A stretch of DNA of 48,103 bases, the filler included, from Dimargaris cristalligena (taxonomy: Eukaryota): NCBI GenBank assembly GCA_003614675.1. It is 2 parts of 2 records of this genome, joined end to end, with 100 filler letters (N's around TTAATTAATTAA, not from the genome) between each part and the next. Parts side by side here need not be neighbours in the genome. Positions count along the whole stretch, not along the records: positions 1 to 24,005 come from ML002600.1; 1 more part is not named here. One strand, written 5' to 3'. Below, piece after piece: positions 11,524-22,611 of this stretch. The notes under the pieces are model-generated. The model was not told the DNA's origin and did not search any database. It was given only the letters and a program-made list of their open reading frames with translations. Position 1 is the first letter of the stretch. Each line of letters starts with the position of its first letter. Position numbers and translations under genes: made by a program.

Positions 11524-12462
11524 CCACACATCATATATCTTTACCAATCTGGGATGGCATTGCTGCGCATTAAACATGTCTCAATTTATATCGGCACTTC
11601 GCTTGTTGGTTGTTTTGGGTGATGCATTTGGAGACCCAGAATATCTAGCGTTTCTTCGGATGGTTGTCATATCTCCTCAATACCCCTTTCTGTTCATACT
11701 ACGATACTCCCATCGATTATTTATTTATTTGTGCGCCATAAACTCGCTATATTTCCACCTATTAGTAGGATTTTTGACATTTACACAATATATGGCGTGT
11801 TGTCACAATTTCATGATATATCACTCTATGACTCAAAGGGATCCCCATGTCACGACGTACCTCCTTGACGGAGCCTTAGTCACGCCATTACATGTGTGAA
11901 GTTCGATTTTCTAATCCCATACCATTCAATAAAGGTAAAAATTTAGTATTAATAATCATTTGTCGTACAAGCCAGTTCGAATGAGCTCAAGGGTGATAAA
12001 CAGGATAGTCCACAAGTAGAATGAGAATCCCAAGGGAACCCCGAAAAACAGTCCCAGCTGGCCTATATTGCTTCCCTGTATACTGGTGTAGCAGAAAGGC
12101 TAGGCCATAGGGGGCTGGCTAATACGAGTGGAATCGCTATATATATATATATATAAAAGCCGGCAATTGTTTAGGTGGGCAGGTGATTCAGTGAACATTA
12201 GGCCAATAAAAAAGCAGGGGCCGCCAACAACCAAAACCATACCCAGGGTTGTATAGGCAATAGTTTGGGGCTCTTCTGATCGTGGTGAGTCTCGCAGGGG
12301 GCACACATAAGGTTTCAATCAGTTGATTCCATCCGGAGCCATACTAAGATATGCAGCACCAGAACCACGGCAGTCCATGGCATAGGTATTGGAAAGCATC
12401 CCCGAAGTAACTGGTTAAGGCATAGGGAGTATAGGGGTTGCAGGGAATGGGATAGACCACCA

Positions 12463-14484
12463 TTATACTATTAATAATTCCAAAGGCAGGGTTTTGGGAA
12501 CAGGTTCACCCGCAAGAGTTTCATCGATCAAATACATGGCAATAGCAAACTCATGCTGAGATAATTTGCCCCGGCGGTCTCGGTCGCACAAAGACCTGTA
12601 CACATTAATATAGCATTAGGTAGGTAAAAATAAGGGCAAATTAGTAATAGGTTGATTGGAATCCGGTATGGTTGGTATATGTAAACGATGAGGGAGTACG
12701 GTCACTAGTGGTGTGGACAAATAATTAAAATTAGGAGACGTCCCAGCCACATTTAGATCAATGGTCCATAAGCGCACTTACCAAATATCACCTAATGTAT
12801 CTTCGGACAGGCAGCTCCTAAGAAAAATCGCTTTAGCCTCGGCGCCTGGGTAGGTTCACGTGTTCCACAGCAAATGTGCATACCAAAAGAATATAGATTA
12901 GATCCTGAACAGGGGAGGGGGTAGTATAACCACCTTATATTTCTACTCGCCGGCTAAGTTAGATAGCAATACGGGAGTGGTGGGAAAATGTAGTCGCAGA
13001 GACATGTCAGCTGAACCCAAAAAGAAGTAAACTCTCACAAAATACTTACGAGTAAGTAAGCCATCGTGGTCTGAATCAGTGGTCCGGAACAAGGAATCGT
13101 ACCGGCGACGGGCCGCCCGGGGTATGGCTAGATTGTGAGATGCAAACAATAATGTACCAGGGATTAGGGAGGGGGAGAAATGTCGATTAGTGAAAAGGAT
13201 AAAAATATACGGGTCGGCCATTATGCCATACGAAGCCGGCCACATCAAAAAGTGGCGCCCTAGGCGGGAGGATATATATATCGGGGTAGTAATATTAATA
13301 TTATAATTATAATTATTATGCACATATAGCGGGCCAGTTTCAGACCTACCGGATTGGGCGGTCATGCGGGTTGGACCAGCATCATGCATAGGGGCTCGCA
13401 CGGATCCGCTTCGGCCGACTGAACTAGGGACGGAATCCGGCATTTCGTAATCCGAATTGTGCCTCGACGGGGCTACCGAGGCAGTTGTCGCCGCCCGCTG
13501 TAATTGGGGACCGGTTCGGCCTCGGGATGGTAGGGCAGGGGGCGGTGCCACATAGGTGGGCGTCCGAATAGGGAGGGGCGGCGGAGCACTGGCGTGGATG
13601 GGGGGTGGTACGGGCCGGGTAGAGGTTGTAGCAGAAGCAGCGGTAGTAGTAGTAGCAATAGTAGTAGAAGAAGAAGTAGAGGATTTAATAGTAGTAGTCG
13701 CAGGTACCGACCGGGGTGGGGGACAAACGGGTTGTATTTTGGCGGGTGCGGAACTGGCGGATCCCGGTCGGGGGGTGACCGGCGGGGGCAGCGGGGAGGA
13801 GACCGTCGACTTTGGGGCTACCGTCTCGGCTGCATTCAGCGGCACATCTTCAAAAACCCGGCCGGACATGGGACGGACCCGTTCAGGGGGCGACCGAACC
13901 GGAATCGGCGGGGAGAGGTCGTGAGGGCCGGCCTCCTTGAAGCGCGGGAACTTCTTGCTCTGGGCCTCTAGAATAGGGGTAAGGATGTCTTCCGACTGGG
14001 GGGAGCTGACGGACACGTTATTGAATCGGGATATCAGGGAACGCGTGTTGCCCGACAACTGGCGATCGGAGGTTCCGGCGGAGGGGGGCTCCGGTGATGG
14101 GCCAGGGGCGGGGGTGGCCGAGGCCGTGGCGGTAGGGGAGTCGTGCCGGTCGGGGGTCACGGTGCGGCCCTCCCGGCTGGGCACCGGCGGGGCGCTGGGT
14201 TTGGTAATGGGCAGGGTACGGGGTGTGTAGCCCGACGGCTTCGGGGGCAATTGCGGTCCCCGGGGGGCTGGCTGGGTCAGCGTGGTCGGCTCCATGGCTT
14301 CCGGCTGGGCCTGAGGGGCATGCGAAAGAGATGGGGCTGTGGAGTCCCCTTCGCTCCGACCGGAATTCGTTAAAAATACGGGTTTGGTGGGAACGGCCGG
14401 CTTTGGTTTAAGGGCCGGTTTGGCGGGTAGGCTGGGCTTACCGGGGGTACCCTTGGGAGCAGCAGTTACAGTAGAATCGGACAT
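12463..14484 (-). CDS. Proline-rich protein with a C-terminal EH domain (Irs4/Tax4-like architecture), about 469 aa. Exons 14484-13350, 13127-13050, 12845-12782, 12595-12463
   Basis: The spliced C-terminus RYDSLFRTTDSDHDGLLTRAEAKAIFLRSCLSEDTLGDIWSLCDRDRRGKLSQHEFAIAMYLI...VPKTLP is a canonical EH domain. The N-terminus is rich in PxxP/PPPLPxR motifs. Intron phases are consistent. Confidence 0.85.
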
Positions 14485-15541
14485 GTCCGCTTGGTGGACT
14501 ATTTAGTTAGTATTGTGAACTAGCTATACTTGTCAGGATGTAAGCACAGGTTAAAAACGCGCCACTAAAGAAGATTGGATGACTTGGGAGTCGAATAGAG
14601 TAGGCCAAGTAGAGGTCAATGTAGATAGGCAGTAGGGAATAGAGGCAAGAGTTGGTTCGAAACAGAGGGCCAAGTTAGCGGGATGCCGGAAAGCGCCTTC
14701 AGAAACAGGGCCGAATCACGGTTGGTTACTTGTTAGGCAAAGCTACAAATCAGAAGGAATGGGAGATCTTTCTTTGTCTCCTGTCTATCTATGGAATAAA
14801 CTAGTCAAACGTCATCCATTACAGCAGGCCAGGGCCACTTGCCCACAGTCCACTGGGAATGCCAAGCCTTGGGCAGAGCGCGGAGTATGCCTAAACTCGC
14901 TGGGTCAAATGATGAGGCTAGTGTTGTGCCCTAGGTTTCTGGAGGTGAGCACAGGGGTTCTTCCTTTTCTTACACTGCTCACCACTGTAAAACCTTCGTG
15001 AACGGACCCTAGTCTAGCTAACCAACTGTAATCAACTATGGACTATTCCAAGGCAGGTTGTACCCCATAGTCTCCCCGTTTCAATGACTATAACAGCCTG
15101 ACTAAAATGCCACAGCAACACGGTCAATTGGCGAAATAGGCCCAATAACAGAGTTTGGACCAGCCCCTGTACTGCCTTCCGTGTTTGCAAAGATCTTAAC
15201 TCACGCCTCACTTAGTCGTGCATAGCAATCCTGCTGGCTTGCCCCTTCCTGTTTCTAATTAACCACCCTCAGGCGTTCGTGTTTCTGTAATGGTATGCAC
15301 AATGGCCCATGCCTATTTGAAATAGATGATGTATTATAAGTTAAGTGGTAAAGGCCCTGGTTTAGAAATAAATTAAATTCCACCAGCGGGTATATTTTTC
15401 GTGTCAACTACACCTATATAACGAACCATGTTTCATCGTTAATAATCCAATTTATTGATTGAAATATTAATTAAGGCCGAGCGAAAACAATAAAACTAGT
15501 TGCACAAAAGGTAAGGGGCTTTGGGGGTAATATATGGCACT

Positions 15542-15578
15542 AAAGAGGGCGTGTACAGCAGCTGTCCACGCCCTCTTT
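15542..15578. repeat. 17 bp inverted repeat (hairpin) in a 3' UTR
   Basis: aaagagggcgtgtacag-cag-ctgtccacgccctcttt; 16 of 17 positions pair. Confidence 0.75.
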
Positions 15579-15653
15579 TCCCCAAAGTATTTGATTGGCG
15601 GCCCAATTTTCTGCTCTAACAGTATACCACAAGCTTAGGCCAATACGGTTAAG

Positions 15654-17245
15654 TTACTCAATGGGGTCACCGTATTTATTCGTTCGAACACTACCGGTCC
15701 GCGTCTGAGCCTCCACGGCCTCCCGAGTGCGTGGCATTCCGGCTTCGTCGAAGTCACCGCTGCCCATATTCGGGTCCGAATTAGAGTCGCCCGGGTTGAT
15801 GTGTTCATAGGAATTGGGTGACTTGTCGCGGGTATCCTTGCGAATGTCATCCCAGCGGGTCTGGCTCTTGGTAGTGGTTTTGCGCAATTCGTCCCACCGA
15901 GTGGACTGGTGGGCCAATTTATCTGTTTTAGAATAATATAAAAAACAACCGCAACAACGGTACCGTAGTGTAGATCACCGTAATCGCAATGTAAATTACT
16001 CGGGGTTAATAATGGATTGGTGTTTTGGAATCACCTTTCCCCACTTGGGTCTTCTAGAGACATGGGCCTAGGCGGGCTCCATATAACATTGGCACCGAGT
16101 GGACGTTGTTACACCCAGGCACTACTAACCAAACTTTGGTATATAACCAGGGTTGGGGGGGGGTAATGGCAAACTTACCGGCATGTGAGGCCCCAGAGCC
16201 AGGCTCAGGGAAGTCGGAGGCCGTGGCATCGCTCATGACGGCATCATAGGGATGCGGGTCATTTGATGGGGATGGCTCATCCCGTACAATGCCGCGAGGT
16301 GGCCCGCGGGTCATGGGAAAGGGGGGACATTCAACGCCATGGTTTCTTTCGGCGGATCTCTTTCGGGCATTTATGATAACTTTAGTAATGTTTTCTTCAT
16401 AGGGGCTGGCCTTGACCACGCGGATGGCGGAATAGGCCGCGTAGCTGGAAGCCAACGCAGAGCCCGTAACAAAACCGACTGGATTCGTGGATATCGTGGA
16501 AGAATGCAGTGGTTAAACAATGTGCTACCCCGGTTAGTGGAGTTTATAAAGAGGGCGAGACTACTCAGGGCACCATATCGCCAGCGTGGCCAATTTTTCT
16601 TTCAAAGGTCAGTGGCGGTATGGATTTAGAACATTTCTCCGACGAGAGAATACTTACAGAAACCGCGGATGGCTATTCCCCTCAAGTTTTTCTTGGACAT
16701 AAAGCCTGGTTAAGTGAATAAGTATACCAACAACCGGTGGTCGGAGGGCATTGGGGCATAGTAGGTTAGTATAACATTAATTGGTCGGGTTCATCGGCTA
16801 ATCTCGGCAAATCATTAAACTGTATTTTCCGGGAAGATTAAGTAGCGACTTACCTTGGGCCATAAACAACCCACTCACGAACGGGGCAATGCCGGTGCCT
16901 AGTAACAAATCGGTTAGGGTGTTATATATATATATGTATACGATATATACGGAAAATCGGCGTTAGAGGGATTTGACGAATATTCGGACCAGCACTCTAA
17001 GTGAGCGGGGCTCTATACCCGTCGAAAATGGGCGGTTCACTGACCATATGCAGCTGGTCCATATTCTTTAAGGTTAGGTACGGAAGGTACGGTTCTAAAA
17101 CCAACGAGGACACCCCTCTGCGGCACTTACCGGTAGTCACAAATGTGTTGGCGGCACGCTCGACGACCTCCCGCTCGGGCTCATTGAGTTGGTTTTGGGG
17201 ATCGAGAACTTTGAAATTAACTTTAACAGTGCCTGCGGTCGCCAT
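15654..17245 (-). CDS. Membrane protein resembling OCIA-domain proteins (OCIAD1/asrij-like), about 258 aa. Exons 17245-17131, 16898-16854, 16705-16658, 16478-16179, 15922-15654
   Basis: All four introns have GTAAGT donors and YAG acceptors, all phase 1, giving a 777 nt open frame. Two Gly-rich hydrophobic segments, WDELR/WDDIR repeats and C-terminal RTNKYGD. The gene model is strong; the family call is tentative. Confidence 0.75.
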
Positions 17246-17317
17246 GCTGAGTGGATGTGCGGTATAGATGCGGAATGGTTGTTGGTGACACACGGAGGAC
17301 TAGCGGGGAAGTAACGG

Positions 17318-17339
17318 GAGAGAGAGAGAGAGAGAGAGA
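17318..17339 (+). repeat. (GA)11 microsatellite
   Basis: Seen directly, upstream of the 17245 start codon. Confidence 0.9.
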
Positions 17340-18651
17340 ATCAGGTAAGGAGAGCTTCACTCAAGTGGTCAATTAAATGGAAAATGGAAATGATAGTATA
17401 GTGTGGTATAGTAGTGGAGGCCATGCCAATTCCGTCCATCAATCGCCTGGTAGTGGACTACTCTTATTTTCCTTGTGAATGGAAAAGCCTGCCGTTGTTT
17501 TTTCAGGGCTACGTCAGAGTCTTCCTATCTTGAGGGTTGTCTCAGCCCACCTTCACTAAGACAAGTTGACGTTGGCGGGACGGGTTTAGAGATAAACTGC
17601 TAAGCCAAGTACGGATTGAGTGGAGAGGGGGTTTCACCTATTTTCATAAGCCTCCTCTCCCATCCACAGCCCGCTTATTCCTTGAACTATATACTATTGC
17701 AGTATGGCACTATACCCACCACTGCCCCATATGGCGAGTTTAGGCGAGGGAGGACTGGGGTTTCCACTGGCAAACGCTGCCACGCTAGAAAAACACCTTC
17801 AGCCTACTACTCACCACACCCTCGCGTATGTCAAGAAATGGCCTAGGCTGCAGTTGGGCTCCGATTATAGTGGAGAGAGGGTAAGAGTGCCCTTGGCGGG
17901 ATATATAGGAAGACGGTAGGTATTACGAATTCCGCATTGTCCGAAAGCGGAACTCCCCCCAATGAGAAAGGAGCGGCCACACTACAACTTTGGCCCTGCC
18001 CATTTCCCGAATACCCCATTCATTTTGGATGCTTACTGGTGTGCCTTGGCCATTGGTGGTGAAACAACCAACTTCTCCAGTTGAAAAGTTTCGTATGCGT
18101 AAAGGCAGCTAACTAGCTGCTCGCCTCTCCCTTAGTTACAGACGGAGCGAGGAAGTGCATACACACCCCGAGCCGCGGTTACACAGGTAATAAAAGGACC
18201 TACAGCATTTCGAGGATAACACGCGGGTAAACCCCCCCTCCACAGCAGTACACCTCCAAAATATATAGAAAAAAATCATAGTTGAAATACGCGGCGCGGC
18301 ACTAGTGCGTATCCATATGGTAGGTATATATATACACCCACCACCACCCGCCCGACAATTTTTGACCATGTTGCGTGTGTCCCTCTATACCTGGTTTGCC
18401 TATTTCCAAAGATTACGCCCTTTCTAAGCCAATGTTATCTTAGTGCTTCTACATAATCCAATTTAATGGTCAATATTATACCCCCTATTCCGACTCTCTC
18501 AATCTTTTTTTGGCGTATTTCAAACATTAGTTAATGGTTTTTTAAAAAATTTATCGGCAATTTTGGCTCGGTTTTTACAAATTCTAGTTGTCCTTATTCC
18601 CTAACCGTCCTCCGGTTTACAATCATTAACCCCTCGCCCACCACACTAGCC

Positions 18652-19284
18652 ATGCCCTCCAAATTAACCCTTCTGGTACTAGCCGTTTTGGCCACTTTTA
18701 CCGCGGGAAATACTGTCCCCCGTCCCCAAACTGCCCTATACACAACACGTACTCAACCGTCGTCATATCCGAGCGACTCAGACCTCTGCTCCCATCTCAC
18801 CGACGTGGATAAACTGGGTGGCCCAACATTCCACTCTTCCCCCAATTCACCCGCGACGCCGGGCAAATGGGCAGCCCGGCTGCGGGGGAAGGCCTTCGCC
18901 AACGATAGCTATTACCAAACGCAAGCCGAGGACATGCTGCACCTGGTCTTTCGTCAAGCCGCCGGTCTATCCCAAAAAGGCTGGCTTCGAAACCCGTGGT
19001 ATTTGAAGGCACCCCCGTCCGCGGCGGATACCATTAACATTAGTAGCAGTACCCAGCGATCGAGTGGTCGGGCTAACGGAATAGTAACCCACTTTATTAT
19101 GCGAATGGGCCAGGTCGTTTATGTCAAGAAAGATGTCGATTATCGGGATTGGAATGATAAGAGCCGGCGAGATATGGTCTTCCCACCGAAAATTCCGGTG
19201 GGGGATTATTTCCTGGAACTGGACCTGGCGAACAAGGTACACGAACGCGCAAACAGCATCATCAACCAGTGTTTTAAGGTGTAA
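18652..19284 (+). CDS. Secreted hypothetical protein, 210 aa
   Basis: GCCATG start, signal peptide MPSKLTLLVLAVLATFTAG, intronless ORF with two Cys, AATAAA near 19417. Confidence 0.75.
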   Translation: MPSKLTLLVLAVLATFTAGNTVPRPQTALYTTRTQPSSYPSDSDLCSHLTDVDKLGGPTFHSSPNSPATPGKWAARLRGKAFANDSYYQTQAEDMLHLVFRQAAGLSQKGWLRNPWYLKAPPSAADTINISSSTQRSSGRANGIVTHFIMRMGQVVYVKKDVDYRDWNDKSRRDMVFPPKIPVGDYFLELDLANKVHERANSIINQCFKV

Positions 19285-19683
19285 TGTTGCTCCAATTCGG
19301 CTAAGCCAGGCTAGATAGCATGCAGTTTATGAAGTTGTGTCAGCCATGTATCTCTATGGCGACCTCTCTGATTACCCAACACCCGACTAGGGTCGTCCAA
19401 TGGGCCAATAATCTAAAATAAACTTTATTTACAATACACGTAAGGATGCCGCTGTTTTGTTTGCTTGGATAATAATTAATGGTGATAATGTGTGTGTGTG
19501 CGTGTGTGTGGGGGTGTGGGGGTGTATGAAGGGGGCTTTCCTTTTCCTTTTGTTTTTGTTTTTTGAACTGACAAGGCAACCCCGTCGGAGATGGTTAACG
19601 ATTAACTGTGCCTGTAGGGCATAGTGGAGGGAAGGGGCGGGCTGAGAAACACTGCTCAAAATAAAATGATTAATGCCCAATGG

Positions 19684-21474
19684 TCATCGGCAGAGAATAT
19701 CATAGTCGTAGGGCTGAATTATCTTCTCCTGCTCATTATCTGGGAGGGAAGACCAGAGTAGCAGGTTGGCGCCTATAGAATTGAATCATTCAATATATAA
19801 AACCAATACAGATGCAAGATGTTAGGAGTACTGTTCTAATTTTTCTTAAGGAATAGAACTGCGAAAAAAATAATCAAATTCGCGTTAGGGCTCATGAAAA
19901 TCTAACATATGAGCACATGTATATGGATAAATAAAGGGGTAATTACCAGTGTCATCTAATCGTTCTTGGGCCAGAACGGTTTCGGTGCGGAACATCCAGA
20001 AATGACCATTGTTACAGGCCTTCATGCATCCGCCACACGGCTGGGTTATATGGTAGCCCAATTCAGTCCCACTGAGGAAGAGATAATTTCATTGCCGGCG
20101 TCAAGGATATTGTACGAAGGTGGGACACACGTATGCGGGTGTATATGAGGATAGTGGCAAACGAGTCAAATAGAAGCGGCGGAAGAGAGTTAGCTAGCAA
20201 GTCTCACAAAATTAAGCTGTTAGATAATACGACAGATCAGAATAGGGACATCGGTGGGATTCTAGTGGTTTTTAAACAAGTGGTTGGGTATACTACCCGG
20301 CTTCATTAGGTGTCTATAGTGGAACTATAATTCTTACCAGCCTAAACAAGCGATATTCCGGATTTTGCAGCGACATGATGGGGTTGTATAGTCGTCGCCC
20401 ACAAGCTGGACCCTATTGGTGGTGGCACATGGATATAAATAGGGATTAGCATAGGTGTCCAAATCATACTTTATCCAAAATGGTCAAAACAAGAATCGTA
20501 TGGCTATATTCTATGCTATAAAGGGCCTATTTGATACAGTAGAAGCCCGCGTCCCATCCGAGGGTTTTCTTGCAGGTTAGAGAGGTGGACTTACATGTAA
20601 GGGGGCACGTCTGTGGAGTAAAGCTCGATTCGGTTGTCCGCCAACAGAAGGGCCTGTGGTAGAGAGGGAATGAATAAGGAATGATGTATAATATAATTAT
20701 TAATAATGGCAATAATACAGCTGTGCCATTCGGACTTAGCCGATGAGACGTAACAATCACTTCGGCCCAGGTCGATCAGAGCGACCGGGAAGGAGGAAAA
20801 CCCCCCTGGATGATGATGGATGATGGGCGAGGACCCTGTCGTTTCCGAGCCATCATCGTGCTTCCTTCACCGGGTCAATCACGAGGGTCTGCCCAGGTAC
20901 ACTGTTCCCGCACTCCAAGGCGATGGGGGATGTGGGGCATCGGCAAATCCAGGGCTAGTGGTATGTATGGGGGGAATAGGTACAAAATAGAGATGTTCCT
21001 CTCCCCCTACCCACTGGCCATGGTGAATGAAACGTTGACATGTCGCGCCTTCCGGTGTCACATCCCACACGTCAGGGGCGTACCCCTCCTCCTCCTCCCC
21101 ATTGACTGGCGTGCGCCCGCCCCTATTGAGGGACAGTAATGGTGGCCGCACACACACACACACACACACGGCTGCCCCTCTTCCGTAGCCTAAACCGGGA
21201 TTCGGGCCTAGGTCGGCGATAACCCCCGTGGTGGAGTGGAGCGAGTAGTAGTCTCTTTTTAAAAGATACTCTCGCAATGAAAAATAATAGTTCATAGACA
21301 GCCTAGGGACCAGGCTGTGCGGCTTGTGGTGAACAGCTGTGTTAGGAAACTTACCCTCATGCCCCGCATGCACACCAGAACGTCGCATAGTGCGCAGTTA
21401 AGCTGGCACACGGCCTTGCCCCGGAACTGTTGCCGGGAGTGGTCTTGGTAGTAATCGTATAAAGTAGGCGGCAT
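19684..21474 (-). CDS. FAM72: FAM72 family protein (Yippee/Mis18-like Zn-binding fold), 155 aa. Exons 21474-21355, 20653-20595, 20412-20338, 20071-19947, 19772-19684
   Basis: Spliced protein MPPTLYDYYQDHSRQQFRGKAVCQLNCALCDVLVCMRGMRALLLADNRIELYSTDVPPYMVQLVGDDYTTPSCRCKIRNIACLGCGTELGYHITQPCGGCMKACNNGHFWMFRTETVLAQERLDDTGANLLLWSSLPDNEQEKIIQPYDYDILCR. It matches FAM72 hallmarks (RGMKAxLLAD, STDxPP, CKC..IACLxCG..GYH, CNNGHFWMF, LLW). GT-AG introns, 468 nt. Confidence 0.92.
21149..21168 (+). repeat. (CA)10 microsatellite in FAM72 intron
   Basis: Seen directly. Confidence 0.9.
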
Positions 21475-21500
21475 GGCTGGCTTGAGTTGAGTTGGGTTGA

Positions 21501-22611
21501 CTGGAGTTGAGACAGATACAAGTGAGTAGGGCAGGGTGGTAGTTAGCGATAAGCGACGGCGTGAATGTGCGAGGGGGGGGTAAAAGGCGCCGAGCTACGA
21601 AGAGGGGATATAATTTTAGATAGACAGCGTAGCAAAGACTGAATGTGAAGGACACGACGGCAGCAGGTCTATACCACCAACAAGACCCAGCCACGTAAGG
21701 AAACAATAGAATACACCAGGCGAGCCAAAAAAATTAGAAACCGTCCGTCGGGTTCGCAAGCGGGCTAATAAACAAGACCGAGGAGAGAGCAAGAGAGAAA
21801 CGCCTACGGTGGCCCTCCCCCCTAAAAAAATAATAGTAGGAAACCCCCCACACGACATTCTCCCCCTGAAAGGGTTCATATGGCCGATTATACCGACTTG
21901 ACCCTATCTCTCTCTCTTCTCCTGGCCCCCCCATTACTGCCCTTCCGTTCTCCCCTTAGGCCTGCCCCGGGTCCATCATATATAAGGGGTATGAAACTAT
22001 ACTACGGCCGAGTAGGGGTGATCTCTATTCGCTTAGTATGTATAGGGAGAGTCATGCATGGCTAAACAAATCCTCCTCCACTGCTCCAACGTGAATGGGA
22101 GAGGGGAAACCAAGTCGCGCTATTTCCATACTGATGTGCATGTCCGCGCCTGCGACTCAATGCAGTCAGCCCAGGGAATTAGCCAAGCAGACCTGTGAAA
22201 CGACTTCATCTTCCTTTGGGAACACCAGCCAACAGAGTAAAGTGGGAGAAGTAAAGAGACAATATGAGCTGTAGGTCTCACGCGATTCCTTGACCCCGGG
22301 GCATCGTGTCAGTTGTTCGGCGCGGGGCAGCCATTATATAGAAATATACTTACTCGGATAATCCGGGTTGATGAACTGAGGGGCGAAGAAAGTGTCCGTA
22401 AAACCCCCACCATAATAGGAATTTATTAGCAATGAAAGGGCAGTAATAATAATCAGTATTATAATAAATAAAGACGACCACGGATGCGTTGTTAGTTACA
22501 TACTGTAAGCCCCTTAAATGCCCCGGGTATGCAACACGAATATTACATTACATTCAGAGTACTGCATTCTTGGGCGGCTATTTACCATCACGCCAATGGA
22601 CCCGGACTTAC
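21501..22611 (-). other. Putative 1.1 kb 5'-UTR intron of FAM72
   Basis: Minus-strand GTAAGT donor at 22611 after a pyrimidine-rich leader; GCTAAC branch near 21545; CAG acceptor at 21501, 26 nt before the ATG. Confidence 0.5.

Noticed and set aside
11222-11899. 225 aa overlapping ORF
   Set aside because: Non-ATG start, out of frame with the 10411 gene, and runs into T-rich 3' UTR-like sequence.
13556-14411. Several Gly-rich + strand ORFs
   Set aside because: Antisense to the Pro-rich exon of the EH-domain gene.
15542-15578. SECIS element / selenoprotein
   Set aside because: No AUGA/GA quartet or apical AA, and no in-frame TGA in the upstream gene model.
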